Positions 1-9,487 of a stretch of DNA of 56,138 nt are shown here, piece after piece; the first letter of the stretch is position 1, and each line of letters opens with the position of its first letter. The stretch is from Planctomycetota bacterium (GTDB lineage Bacteria; Planctomycetota; UBA1135): positions 1-56,138 of the forward strand of contig JACNIZ010000216.1 in the NCBI GenBank assembly GCA_014382805.1, read 5' to 3'. The translations under genes were made by a program, and so were the position numbers. Below the pieces are notes generated by a model. The model was not told the DNA's origin and did not search any database. It saw nothing but the letters and a program-made list of their open reading frames with translations.

Positions 1-1
1 T

Positions 2-274
2 TTGACCTATTTGGGTGACGCCCAGGTGGGAGCCCGCGCCAACATTGGTTGCGGCACCATTACTGCCAATTACGACGGCAAACACAAGCACCCAACGATC
101 ATCGGTGAACGCGCCTTTATAGGCTCGGGCACGGTGTTAGTTGCGCCAGTCAAGATCGGCAACGATGCCATGACTGCTGCGGGCTGCGTGGTAACTCGCG
201 GCAAAGATGTACCCGATCATGGCGTCGTCGCCGGTGTGCCGGCGCGGCCTTTACCCGCCAAAAAATTGAGCTGA
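2..274 (+). CDS. glmU: GlmU (N-acetylglucosamine-1-phosphate uridyltransferase/acetyltransferase), C-terminal fragment truncated by the window edge
   Basis: The ORF is open at the window start. It has hexapeptide (left-handed beta-helix) repeats and the [11 protein letters not shown]...IGSG...AGVPAR pattern typical of the GlmU acetyltransferase C-terminus. prs lies immediately downstream. Confidence 0.8.
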   Translation: MTYLGDAQVGARANIGCGTITANYDGKHKHPTIIGERAFIGSGTVLVAPVKIGNDAMTAAGCVVTRGKDVPDHGVVAGVPARPLPAKKLS

Positions 275-288
275 CTAAGCCTAAGCCA

Positions 289-1275
289 ATGTCCCTCATA
301 AGCACTGCACCTTCCCCCGTTTTTCAGGATAACTTGCCTCAAATGGATCGCTTCAAAATGGTGACGGGCACTGCCCACCCGGACTTGGCCCACGAAATTG
401 CCTGCCACCTGGACGTGCCGCTGGCGTCGGCATACGTCGGACGTTTTCCTGACGGCGAAATCGACATCAAAGTGCATGACGACATGCGCGGTGCCGACGT
501 TTTCCTGATCCAGCCAACTTGCCCGCCGGTGAACGAGTACATCCTTGAAACGGTGCTGTTGTTGGATACGTTGCGGCGTGCCAGCGCCGGCCGGATTACC
601 GTCGTCATGCCGTATTTTGGCTATGCACGCAAGGACCGCAAAGATGAGGGGCGGGTGCCGATTTCGGCCAAGGTGGTAGCAAATATGTTGGTTGCCTCAG
701 GCGCTAATCGGGTGCTAACCATCGACCTGCACGCTCAGCAAATTCAGGGCTTCTTTGACATCCCTGTGGACCACTTGTGGGCGCGGCCGGTGCTGCAAGA
801 GGTGGTGCGGGACATGAAAATGGATAATTTGACCGTCTGTGCGCCTGACGTGGGCGCGGTAAAATTGGCTCGTGCTTGGGCGAAAAATTTGGATTGCGGA
901 CTGGCGATCGTTGACAAACGGCGCACCAGCGGCGACAAGGTGGTCATGGAAAACGTCATCGGCGACGTCGACGGGTGCGATATTTTGCTCACCGACGACA
1001 TGATTTCTACCGCTGGCACTATCGCCGAAGCCTCACGAATATTGAAGGATAAGGGGGCTAAACGAGTGTTTATTGCTGCCACCCATGCGGTTTTATGCGG
1101 TCCAGCCCGCGAGCGCTTGGCGCACGCTCCGGTGGAGCAGATTCTGGTCACCAATACGGTGCCACTGCGTGGCGATTTGCCGGATAATTTGACTCAGGTT
1201 TCCATTGCGCCGCTGCTCTCCAGAGCCATTCAACGCATTCACAAAGAGGAGTCAGTTTCCGCACTGTTCGATTGA
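289..1275 (+). CDS. prs: Ribose-phosphate pyrophosphokinase (PRPP synthetase)
   Basis: Motifs FPDGE, PYFGYARKDRK, DLHAQQIQGFF and the PRPP loop TDDMISTAGT. The true start may be an internal ATG at 343 or 358 (MDRFKMVTGTAHP...). Confidence 0.95.
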   Translation: MSLISTAPSPVFQDNLPQMDRFKMVTGTAHPDLAHEIACHLDVPLASAYVGRFPDGEIDIKVHDDMRGADVFLIQPTCPPVNEYILETVLLLDTLRRASAGRITVVMPYFGYARKDRKDEGRVPISAKVVANMLVASGANRVLTIDLHAQQIQGFFDIPVDHLWARPVLQEVVRDMKMDNLTVCAPDVGAVKLARAWAKNLDCGLAIVDKRRTSGDKVVMENVIGDVDGCDILLTDDMISTAGTIAEASRILKDKGAKRVFIAATHAVLCGPARERLAHAPVEQILVTNTVPLRGDLPDNLTQVSIAPLLSRAIQRIHKEESVSALFD

Positions 1276-1328
1276 CCGCGCCGACGTTAGAATGTCGCGT
1301 TCCTTCTCCGTAGAGAGAACCAGAAACG

Positions 1329-1676
1329 ATGGAAACCACCGTCCTTAAGAACGTCCAGACCCGTGATCAATTTGGAACACGGGCCGCCGATGCCTACCGC
1401 AAAAATGGCGGCTACCCAGCCAATGTCATTGGTGGCGGCTTACCTAGCCAGCAAATCCTCCTTGATCAGCACGAGTTCGATGCTGCCATTCGCCACGGTT
1501 TCCGCGCTTTCACGCTCGAAAACATAGGCGAGGAAGCAATCGTCGTGCTGCAGGAAGTGCAATGGGATTCCATGGGGGATTTCATTCAGCACATTGATTT
1601 CCTGCGCGATGCAAGCGGTGAAGTCCGCGTCACCCGCGATGCTGCTGAGGTGGCTGCTAAAGAGGCTGAAGAGTAG
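1329..1676 (+). CDS. rplY: Ribosomal protein L25 / general stress protein Ctc (short form with acidic tail)
   Basis: The N-terminus ...RDQFGTRAADAYRKNGGYPANVIGGG... is L25-like. The position between prs and pth is the conserved prs-ctc-pth arrangement. Confidence 0.8.
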   Translation: METTVLKNVQTRDQFGTRAADAYRKNGGYPANVIGGGLPSQQILLDQHEFDAAIRHGFRAFTLENIGEEAIVVLQEVQWDSMGDFIQHIDFLRDASGEVRVTRDAAEVAAKEAEE

Positions 1677-1704
1677 GCGCAGCCGGCTCCTGTTGGATCC
1701 CAAA

Positions 1705-2316
1705 ATGGAAATTCAGGAGCCCACGCCCCAACCGGGGCCGCGCTTGGTCGTCGGATTGGGCAATCCGGGTGGTAAATACGCCGCCACGCGCCATAACGTC
1801 GGCTTTGACGCGATCGATCTTTTTGCAAATCGTCTGAACGCCACGCCTGAGCCTCTCATAATTGGAGGACAGCGGGTGGCAGATTGGGTGGTGGACCAGG
1901 AACGCGGTTTTGCGCTGCTATGGCCACTTACCTACATGAATCGCAGTGGTGGCCCCGTGGTTGCCGCAATGCGCGAGCTTCAGACTGATGCCGCACAAAT
2001 TTTTGTCCTGACGGACGACTTTCACCTGGACTTGGGCGCGTTGCGCGCTCGGGCGGTGGGCAGTGCGGGCGGCCATAATGGCTTGGGCTCGATTGAAGAC
2101 TGCCTGCAAAGCCAAGAATACGCTCGCTTACGCATAGGCGTCGGCAGCCCTAAATCCAACACGGTGGACTTTGTCCTCGACACCTTCCGCGCCGACGAAA
2201 CTGAAGTCATTGAAGAGACTTTGCTGACTGCTTCGTGTGCCGCGGAGGACTGGGCATTGGGTGTTCCCATCGAGGAGATCCAAGCTCGTTACAACCGCCG
2301 CAAGCCGCAGGCGTGA
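1705..2316 (+). CDS. pth: Peptidyl-tRNA hydrolase
   Basis: Motifs LVVGLGNPGGKYAATRHNVGF, TYMNRSG and GGHNGL. The ATG at 1705 was chosen over the track start at 1594, which overlaps the ctc 3' end. Confidence 0.93.
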   Translation: MEIQEPTPQPGPRLVVGLGNPGGKYAATRHNVGFDAIDLFANRLNATPEPLIIGGQRVADWVVDQERGFALLWPLTYMNRSGGPVVAAMRELQTDAAQIFVLTDDFHLDLGALRARAVGSAGGHNGLGSIEDCLQSQEYARLRIGVGSPKSNTVDFVLDTFRADETEVIEETLLTASCAAEDWALGVPIEEIQARYNRRKPQA

Positions 2317-2363
2317 CTTCGGGATGGTCCTGAAGCAAACCGGTCGAACCGGAATGGCAGAAA

Positions 2364-2918
2364 ATGAATGATAACGATTACATTTACCAGGCGATGTTCA
2401 TGCTGGATAACGGAGAAGTCCGTGACCAGGGGTTCAACGCCGTCCGTGACTGGGTGAAAGCCACCCTTGAAAAGCACGGGGCCGAAGTCAAGGTTTTGCG
2501 TCACTGGCGCGAAAGCCAATTGGCTTACCCGATTCAAGGTAACACCCGTTCCACCTATTTGCTGGGCTACCTGCAAGCCAGCCAGCAAACCGTGAGCAAG
2601 GCCAAAGCGGAAATGTACCTATTGGGTCCAGTTATCCGCATGTTGGTTCTGAAAGAGGAAGAAATTCCCGCTGCAGAGTTGGCATTAGGCATTGCAGACG
2701 TTGCTGACACCGACGTCGCGGTACCAGATGAAGAGCCAGAATTCGATCCGTTTGCTGATGAGCCTGAAGCGGATGAATTCGATGGTGGAGCCGCCCCTGA
2801 AGCCAAGCCAGAAGTCAAAGCGGAAGCCAAGACGGCTGCCAAAGCTGAAGGTGAGGGTGGAAAAGCTGCTGAAAAGCCTGCTGCCGCCGCAACTGAATCC
2901 ACTAAATCTGACAGCTAA
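2364..2918 (+). CDS. rpsF: Ribosomal protein S6 with a long acidic/Ala-Lys-rich C-terminal tail
   Basis: S6-like N-terminal ~100 aa (YQAMFMLD..., ...LAYPI...). It sits directly upstream of rpsR-rplI. The last ~75 aa are low-complexity D/E/A/K/P. Confidence 0.85.
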   Translation: MNDNDYIYQAMFMLDNGEVRDQGFNAVRDWVKATLEKHGAEVKVLRHWRESQLAYPIQGNTRSTYLLGYLQASQQTVSKAKAEMYLLGPVIRMLVLKEEEIPAAELALGIADVADTDVAVPDEEPEFDPFADEPEADEFDGGAAPEAKPEVKAEAKTAAKAEGEGGKAAEKPAAAATESTKSDS

Positions 2919-2929
2919 GGAGCAAAATC

Positions 2930-3142
2930 ATGACTGAAGAAATCTCCACTGTTGCAACTCCGCAAAATCCAAACTCGATTGAGTTTGATTACAAGGACGT
3001 CGAAACTCTGCTGCGCTTCGTGAACAGCCAGGGTCGCATTTACTCGGCGCAGCGTACAGGCTTGAACGCCCGTAACCAGCGCAAGATGAAGCGCGCGGTC
3101 AAATACGCTCGTTTCCTAGCCCTCATGCCCCACACTGTCTGA
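2930..3142 (+). CDS. rpsR: Ribosomal protein S18
   Basis: FDYKDVETLLRFV...GRI...RTGL.ARNQRK...AVK.ARFLALMP is the S18 signature. Confidence 0.93.
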   Translation: MTEEISTVATPQNPNSIEFDYKDVETLLRFVNSQGRIYSAQRTGLNARNQRKMKRAVKYARFLALMPHTV

Positions 3143-3609
3143 TGAAAACACAACTCATCTTGCGAGAGGACATTCCTACTTTGGGTTTTGTGGGTGACGT
3201 CATTGAAGTCTCCTCAGGCTACGCTCGGAATTACTTGGTACCATGCGGCAAGGCATTTACATTCTCAGAGGATGGAATGCGCCGCGTTGAAAAAGCTCGC
3301 GCCGAGGCCGAGCAGAAGCGCATCGAGCTGAATAAGGAGTTTGAAGCGGTTGCTGATCTCCTGAACGCTTTGGAACTGACTTTCGAAGAGAAAGTTTCTG
3401 GTGAAGGGCACCTTTACGGGGCGGTAACTGCCAAGCGCATTGCCGACGCCTTGATCAAAAAGAAGTTCGATGTGACCGAGCAAAATGTGCGTCTGGCTGA
3501 ACCCATCCGTACCACCGGCGAATACCCTGTGCCCGTCCACGTGCACGGTGATGTAAACGCCGAAATTAAGGTCTGGGTGGTCGCCATCCAGGCAGAAACC
3601 GAAGCTTAA
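3142..3609 (+). CDS. rplI: Ribosomal protein L9
   Basis: MKTQLILREDIPTLGFVGDVIEVSSGYARNYLVP.G.A is the L9 N-domain. Its ATG overlaps the rpsR stop by 1 nt (TGATG). Confidence 0.93.
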   Translation: MKTQLILREDIPTLGFVGDVIEVSSGYARNYLVPCGKAFTFSEDGMRRVEKARAEAEQKRIELNKEFEAVADLLNALELTFEEKVSGEGHLYGAVTAKRIADALIKKKFDVTEQNVRLAEPIRTTGEYPVPVHVHGDVNAEIKVWVVAIQAETEA

Positions 3610-3625
3610 TCCCTTCGCAAATTCG

Positions 3626-3654
3626 CCGGCGGCTGTGGAGAACCCAGCCGCCGG
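3626..3654 (+). terminator. Perfect 10-bp stem / 9-nt loop hairpin between rplI and dnaB (possible attenuator or terminator; weak U-tract)
   Basis: CCGGCGGCTG (3626-3635) pairs perfectly with CAGCCGCCGG (3645-3654). It is followed by TTGCGG, so there is no strong T-run. Confidence 0.4.
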
Positions 3655-3678
3655 TTGCGGTATCCTGGTTCTATTAAG

Positions 3679-5007
3679 ATGGCAACTGGCAACCTGAACG
3701 ACCAGCTTCCCTTCGACCTTGAAGCGGAAAAATGCGTGCTCGGCAGCGTACTGCGCGATCCGCGCTGCGCCCCGGAGGTCGTTGCCAAATTGAGGGCGGA
3801 AGATTTTTATTCCGCGCGCCATCGCAACCTGTTTGCGCTCATCGACCAACAGGAAGGTCGGGCCTCCGGCGCTTGCGACCCGGTCACCATCGCTCACGAA
3901 ATGGAGCGTTTGGGGCGGACCGAAGAATTGGGCGGTCGGGCTTATTTGATCGAGTTGATGGAAGCGGTGCCGTCGGTAGCTTTCCTGGAAAATCACGTCA
4001 ACATCGTTCAAAATAATGCGATTCGGCGCGGTTTGATTTCTGCCGCCGATCAAATTATCCGCTTGGTTCACGACGCCGAAAATGACGACGTCAAACAGTT
4101 GGTCAATTTGTCCGAACAAAAAGTTTTTGCAGTGGGCGATCGACTGGTCGATGGCAACATCGTGCGCGCCAAGGATTTGATCGAGAAGAACCTCGACAAG
4201 ATTTTGAGCCACGACGGCACCCCGCAAGGATTGGTTACTGGCTTCACCGATTTGGATGAATTGCAAGGTTTCCGGCCTGGCGATTTGATTGTTTTGGCGG
4301 CGCGGCCTGCAATGGGTAAGACTGCGCTGTCGTTGAACATGATGGAACGCATGGCCATTGAACATGGCAAAGGCGTTTTGATGTTCTCCTTGGAAATGCC
4401 TGGCGATCAATTGATCGTTCGTATGTTGTCGTCGCATGCCCGCATTCGTCACGACAATTTGCGTTCAGGGCGTTTAGATGCTGGCATGGGCCAACGCCTG
4501 ACGATGTCGGCCGCGCAATTCAGTAAGTCCAAGCTGTTTATTGATGATTCGTCGCAGCCTGCTTTGGCCGAGATTCGCGCCAAAGCGCGACGACTGAAGC
4601 GCGATCGCGAATTGGATTTCATTGTTGTCGATTACTTGCAATTGCTTTCCACTAAAGCCGAAAGTCGCCAGCAGGAAATTACTGTGATCTCGCGCACGCT
4701 GAAAGCTATTGCGCGTGAAATGAAAGTTCCCGTGATGGCTTTGTCGCAGCTCAACCGCTCGGCCGAAAAACGGGATTCTCATAAACCCATGCTGTCCGAT
4801 TTGCGGGAATCGGGAGCCATTGAACAGGACGCCGACATGGTCATGATGCTCTTCCGCGAGGAGTATTACACACCGAGTGAAGAAAACGCCGGCGTCGCTG
4901 AATTGATCATCGCGAAGAACCGCCACGGGTCTACTGGAAGTGTGCTGATGCGCTTTACCAAAGAGTGCATGCGCTTCGAGAACCTAGTGCGTGAACCTGC
5001 CTTCTAG
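3679..5007 (+). CDS. dnaB: Replicative DNA helicase DnaB
   Basis: N-terminus LPFDLEAEKCVLGSVL, Walker A AARPAMGKTAL, and LSDLRESGAIEQDADMV and IIAKNRHG motifs. The ATG at 3679 is preferred over the TTG at 3655, which abuts the hairpin. The length gives no sign of an intein. Confidence 0.95.
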   Translation: MATGNLNDQLPFDLEAEKCVLGSVLRDPRCAPEVVAKLRAEDFYSARHRNLFALIDQQEGRASGACDPVTIAHEMERLGRTEELGGRAYLIELMEAVPSVAFLENHVNIVQNNAIRRGLISAADQIIRLVHDAENDDVKQLVNLSEQKVFAVGDRLVDGNIVRAKDLIEKNLDKILSHDGTPQGLVTGFTDLDELQGFRPGDLIVLAARPAMGKTALSLNMMERMAIEHGKGVLMFSLEMPGDQLIVRMLSSHARIRHDNLRSGRLDAGMGQRLTMSAAQFSKSKLFIDDSSQPALAEIRAKARRLKRDRELDFIVVDYLQLLSTKAESRQQEITVISRTLKAIAREMKVPVMALSQLNRSAEKRDSHKPMLSDLRESGAIEQDADMVMMLFREEYYTPSEENAGVAELIIAKNRHGSTGSVLMRFTKECMRFENLVREPAF

Positions 5008-5010
5008 ATC

Positions 5011-7593
5011 ATGTCAACGCCCACTCGTTCCGGGTTTTTCCGCCCGTTGTCCATCTCGACGCCATCCCAGCGTGCCTTGCGTAAACTGGCTGCCTTCGGC
5101 ATCCCGATGCTGGCATTTTTGTTTTTGAGCACGCCGGCTCCTGCCGCCGAAGTTCTGCCATGGCAGGTCGGCGGCGAGCAAGAGCCTGCGAATCCACCTG
5201 CCGCTAAGAACCAAGAAAAAGAGCCGCGCGTTATCGATTCCATTGATTTGATCGGTGCTGGCGACCGCGAGGCCCAAATTCGTGCCGCCTTGTCTTTGCG
5301 TCCGGGCCAGCCCTTTCAGATGGAGGCGTGGCTGCGTGACGTCGGATTCCTTTGGAGTCGCATGCGCGTGCGGCTGGAATCCTTAGAGATGGAAGAGCTA
5401 CCCAATAACCGGGCGCGCTTAATCATTTCATGCGTGGCGATCGAGGCCTTTCGTCGCGTCTTGTTTTTGGGCCACGACGAAAGCGATTTGTCGCGCAAAG
5501 AATTGTTGCTGGCCACCGGCTTGACCGGTGCGCAATCGATCGACCGATTGGCTATGCCGCGTATTCAGAACGATATCGTGCGTTCGTTTCAGGCTAAAGG
5601 CTTTCACTTCGTAGAAGTGACTCCTGAGGTCGTAGAAGAAAAAGACGAGGTCATCTTCCATATTGAGCAGGGCGACAAGGTGCGCGTCGGCGAGGTTCTT
5701 TTTGTAGGCAACTCGGCGATTGAAGCAGATAAGTTTGTCGGTACCGATTTGGAAGGCACTGTAGAGAGTAGTACCGGTTGGTTTATTTTTCCGGGTTCCA
5801 TTTTCAGCGCTGAAACCACGGTGCGTAACGACATTGTTGCGTTGGAGCGGTTGTACAACGAATATGGCTATCTAGAAGCAAAGGTGAGTTTGAAGGATCG
5901 TGAATTTTATAACGATCAATCACGCGTGCGCCTGACCTACCAGATTGTTGAAGGACCGTTGTTCTCGGTGAATTCCATCAGCATTCAACCTGCCAAAAAC
6001 GCGCCGGATTTGGTTTATGACCATGCCGAGTTAACGAAACTGCTGCAGGTTGAGCCGGGCATGCCGCTCGAGCAAATGCGGCTGGACCGCGACCTGGCGG
6101 CGATTCGGCGTTATTACGGAGCCAAAGGCCACACCGCGGCTTCCTCTGGTGTGGAAGCTGATGCTACTTTCTTTTCGGTCACCACCGAAAAATTGCTGGC
6201 CGAAGGCAATAAATTCGACGTCATTTTCCGCGTGCATGAGGGTAAGCCCAAGCACATCCGCGAGGTCTTAATTTTCGGCAACGAGTACACCCAAGATCGG
6301 GTGATCCGGCGAGAGATTGAAACCGAGCCGGGAGATTTAGCTGATTCCAGTTTGGCCGCAGTTGCCCACCGTCGCCTGCTTGGTAGTGGCTATTACTTGG
6401 ATCCAAACACCGGCCAGCCATACGTCGATTACCGCTTTCTACCGACCCCGGATCCTGACTTAGTCGACCTACGTTTCGACGTCCGCGAAGGTGCTGGCAC
6501 TGGCAACATGTTGTTTGGCGGTGGTATTAGTTCCAACAACGGCCCGTTTCTGTCAATCAACCTACAGAAGCAGAACTTCGACATCACCGATACGCCTTCT
6601 TCGCTGGGTAGTTCCTTTGCGGAAATTCTTGATGGGGAAGCATTCACTGGTGGCGGTCAAACTCTGCAGCTTTTCCTGGCGCCAGGCTCAGAATTTAGTA
6701 CTTATAAGCTGAGTTTCTTTGAGCCCGATTTGTTGGGTGAACACGTCAGCCAACTCGGCTTTCGTACCGACATTTATAAAACCTATCGCTACCTGCGCAC
6801 CCACCAAGAACAGCGCACTGGTTTGGGTTTTACCTTGTCGCGCCGCTTCGGACGTTACTTCTCACTGTTCGCCGGACCGCGCTGGGAGAAGATCGGCGTT
6901 TCCGATATCAGCAGTAACGTGACTCCGGGCATCGGCTTGGATTCCAATTATGAACTGTGGAAGCACACTCTGATTGCCGGTACTTCTTACAGCACGGTGC
7001 AGGATCGATTTTCGCCGGTGGATAGTTGGAAGACCCGTTTTGAATTGCGTCAAAACGGTGAATTCATGGGTGGCGATATGGATTACATCGAAGCTGATTG
7101 GAGTTTCGGTAAGTACTTCGGGATTTGGGAAGACACCTTAGGTCGGGATTGGACCCTAGCTTTTGAGGGCCGAGCGCGCAAAGCATGGTCCGACCTTCCG
7201 GTGCCTTACTCCGAACGTTATTGGATGGGCGGCACCAGCACCATTCGCGGTTTTGATTACCGTGGGGTGGGGCGGACCGACGAAGGCTTCAGTATCGGTG
7301 GCGAAGCTTCAGTGAATGGTTCGGTCGAATTGCGCTTCCCAATTGCATCCGCTCGGGTACGCGAAGAGATCGCCGAGTTCCAATGGGCTCGCGGCGCATT
7401 CTTCGTTGATGCCGGTACTTACGGCAATGAATTTTCCGACCTCGAACCGCTGCGTGTTTCGGCCGGATTTGGCGTTCGCATCCGCCTACCAATGATGCCA
7501 CAATTCCCAATCGCGCTGGACTTCGGCTGGCCGTTGGCTTCCGAAGACAACGATGACGACCGTGTCTTCCACCTCAACTTTGGTGAGTTCTAA
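5011..7593 (+). CDS. bamA: Outer membrane protein assembly factor BamA (Omp85 family)
   Basis: 860 aa with a signal-like N-terminus, repeated POTRA-like segments and a C-terminal beta-barrel ending ...FHLNFGEF. The conserved bamA-skp-lpx neighbourhood supports the call. Confidence 0.9.
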   Translation: MSTPTRSGFFRPLSISTPSQRALRKLAAFGIPMLAFLFLSTPAPAAEVLPWQVGGEQEPANPPAAKNQEKEPRVIDSIDLIGAGDREAQIRAALSLRPGQPFQMEAWLRDVGFLWSRMRVRLESLEMEELPNNRARLIISCVAIEAFRRVLFLGHDESDLSRKELLLATGLTGAQSIDRLAMPRIQNDIVRSFQAKGFHFVEVTPEVVEEKDEVIFHIEQGDKVRVGEVLFVGNSAIEADKFVGTDLEGTVESSTGWFIFPGSIFSAETTVRNDIVALERLYNEYGYLEAKVSLKDREFYNDQSRVRLTYQIVEGPLFSVNSISIQPAKNAPDLVYDHAELTKLLQVEPGMPLEQMRLDRDLAAIRRYYGAKGHTAASSGVEADATFFSVTTEKLLAEGNKFDVIFRVHEGKPKHIREVLIFGNEYTQDRVIRREIETEPGDLADSSLAAVAHRRLLGSGYYLDPNTGQPYVDYRFLPTPDPDLVDLRFDVREGAGTGNMLFGGGISSNNGPFLSINLQKQNFDITDTPSSLGSSFAEILDGEAFTGGGQTLQLFLAPGSEFSTYKLSFFEPDLLGEHVSQLGFRTDIYKTYRYLRTHQEQRTGLGFTLSRRFGRYFSLFAGPRWEKIGVSDISSNVTPGIGLDSNYELWKHTLIAGTSYSTVQDRFSPVDSWKTRFELRQNGEFMGGDMDYIEADWSFGKYFGIWEDTLGRDWTLAFEGRARKAWSDLPVPYSERYWMGGTSTIRGFDYRGVGRTDEGFSIGGEASVNGSVELRFPIASARVREEIAEFQWARGAFFVDAGTYGNEFSDLEPLRVSAGFGVRIRLPMMPQFPIALDFGWPLASEDNDDDRVFHLNFGEF

Positions 7594-8174
7594 TGCGTAA
7601 ATCATTCCTCCTCTACTTCGTGGTTGCGGCTCTGGCCGTAGGCACCGCCACTGGTTACGTCGTGCGTGCTGCGGCCGTTTTGGTTCCAGGTACTTACTAC
7701 ATTGACTTAGGTCGGGCCATTAAAGGCGATCCTAGGCTAGAAGCTCAGTTCGCCATGGCGATGAAGCCATTGCAGACGCGTTATCAGGAACTCAAAGCTG
7801 AGGCCAAAAAGCTGAACACCGAAAAAGATCAGCTCGCGATCATGGATCCTGCCACTGCTGAGTACCGCAGTTTGAGCATGCACCTGAAAATCCGCGAGGA
7901 AACCGTTAAGGGTGAGCAGGATCTATTGATGCAAGCTCAGCGCAGTATCGACGACGAGTTCCTTTTTATGGCCTCTAGCAGCATTCACAAAGCAGTTGAG
8001 AAACTGGGCGCAGAAAAGGGTTATGAGTCGATCGTGGTGGCCCCAATCTCATTGAAAGCCGTGCCTTGGGACAATCCTGCCCAAGCCATGGAATTGCTGC
8101 GCCAGCGCAGTACTTATTGGATTCATCCAGATCGTGATGTGACCGATGAATTGATTGCTATCCTGGCTCAATAG
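7593..8174 (+). CDS. skp: OmpH/Skp-like periplasmic chaperone
   Basis: Signal/TM N-terminus, a coiled-coil-rich K/E/Q middle region, and a position directly after bamA (TAATG overlap). Confidence 0.7.
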   Translation: MRKSFLLYFVVAALAVGTATGYVVRAAAVLVPGTYYIDLGRAIKGDPRLEAQFAMAMKPLQTRYQELKAEAKKLNTEKDQLAIMDPATAEYRSLSMHLKIREETVKGEQDLLMQAQRSIDDEFLFMASSSIHKAVEKLGAEKGYESIVVAPISLKAVPWDNPAQAMELLRQRSTYWIHPDRDVTDELIAILAQ

Positions 8175-8191
8175 CCGCAGATTGCAACGCC

Positions 8192-9487
8192 ATGGCCAGA
8201 AAGCAGCGAACCATTAAAAAAAGCGTCGAGTTTGAAGGGGTTGCCCTTCACTCTGGCGAACAGATCAAGGTGCGCTTAGAGCCAGCCCCGCCTGGAACTG
8301 GTGTGATTTTTAACCGCACCGATTTGGAGGACCCAGCGGATATTCCAGCGCTCGCCGGCAACCTGACGGTTTCGATGCGGCGCACGGTTTTACGTGCTGG
8401 CAACCAAATGGTCGGCATGGTCGAACACATGCTTTCCGCCTGTATGGGGCTGCGTGTGGACAACCTGCGGGTTTCCGTATCCGGCGACGAGATGCCGGGC
8501 ATGGATGGCTCACCGCTGATTTATTGTGAAAAACTGGTGGAAGGCATCATTGTGGAGCAAAAAGAAGCGCGCAAGACCTTCACTCCGCAGGAGCCGAGCG
8601 TATTTCGAGATGAGCACGGCGCAGAAATGATTTTGCTGCCGCCCACAGGCGAAGGATTGACGATTCGCTATTATCCTCATTACCCCGAAGGCGTCGACGA
8701 TACACCGGTCATCTTTGACCTGGCCAAAGATAATTACCTAGAACAAATTGCACCGGCTCGAACATTCGTCCGTGCGGTGGAAATAGACACTTTGCTGGAA
8801 GCCGGCTTAGGCAAAGGCGCCAATGCCGAAAACACCTTGGTGCTTGGCGGCGAGAATACTCCTGAATTTCGAGTTTCCTGTGAACCAACGCGTCACAAGA
8901 TTGCCGACGCGCTTGGTGACCTGGCTTTGGTAGGCGCCGACATTTGCGCCGACGTCATTTGCAATCGCAGTGGCCATAACCTGAATCAAGTGCTGGCCAA
9001 GCACCTGCGCGGTGAGTTGGATCAGCAAGAGGTGCGCGGCGATGACTACGGCGTTCAATACGATATCCAACACGTATTGCGACGCCTTCCGCACCGATAC
9101 CCGCTGTTGTTGGTCGACCGCATCATTGAAGTCGAAGGCTTCCGCCGAGCTGTCGGCGTCAAAAATGTGACCATCAATGAACCATTTTTCCAGGGCCATT
9201 TTCCTGGTCAGCCGATCATGCCCGGCGTTCTGCAATTGGAAGCATTAGCGCAATTAGCAGGCTTCTTGTTGCAGCGCAAACTGGAAATGACCGGCATGTT
9301 GGGAGTTTTGGCTTCCATCGACAAGGTCCGATTCCGTGGTTCAGTAATACCTGGTGATCAACTGCGCTTAGAAGTGGACGTCTTGCGCTTGAACAAAAAC
9401 CGCGCCCAAATTAAAGCCCATGCCAAAGTGGGACGTCGCGTGGTATCCGAAGCGATGCTGTCGTTTGCTGTAATCGAACCTGCATGA
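8192..9487 (+). CDS. lpxC-fabZ: Bifunctional UDP-3-O-acyl-GlcNAc deacetylase / 3-hydroxyacyl-ACP dehydratase (LpxC-FabZ fusion)
   Basis: The N-terminal half is LpxC-like (GVALHSGE..., TFV..VE..L...GLGKG). The C-terminal half is FabZ-like (LPHRYPLLLVDRI, EPFFQGHFPGQPIMPGVLQLEALAQ). Confidence 0.9.
   Translation: MARKQRTIKKSVEFEGVALHSGEQIKVRLEPAPPGTGVIFNRTDLEDPADIPALAGNLTVSMRRTVLRAGNQMVGMVEHMLSACMGLRVDNLRVSVSGDEMPGMDGSPLIYCEKLVEGIIVEQKEARKTFTPQEPSVFRDEHGAEMILLPPTGEGLTIRYYPHYPEGVDDTPVIFDLAKDNYLEQIAPARTFVRAVEIDTLLEAGLGKGANAENTLVLGGENTPEFRVSCEPTRHKIADALGDLALVGADICADVICNRSGHNLNQVLAKHLRGELDQQEVRGDDYGVQYDIQHVLRRLPHRYPLLLVDRIIEVEGFRRAVGVKNVTINEPFFQGHFPGQPIMPGVLQLEALAQLAGFLLQRKLEMTGMLGVLASIDKVRFRGSVIPGDQLRLEVDVLRLNKNRAQIKAHAKVGRRVVSEAMLSFAVIEPA

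Noticed and set aside
3265-4452. 395-aa ORF on the minus strand spanning rplI/dnaB
   Set aside because: It is antisense to two confidently recognised genes. The product is rich in R/Q/H/F with no motifs, typical of a shadow ORF in GC-rich coding DNA.
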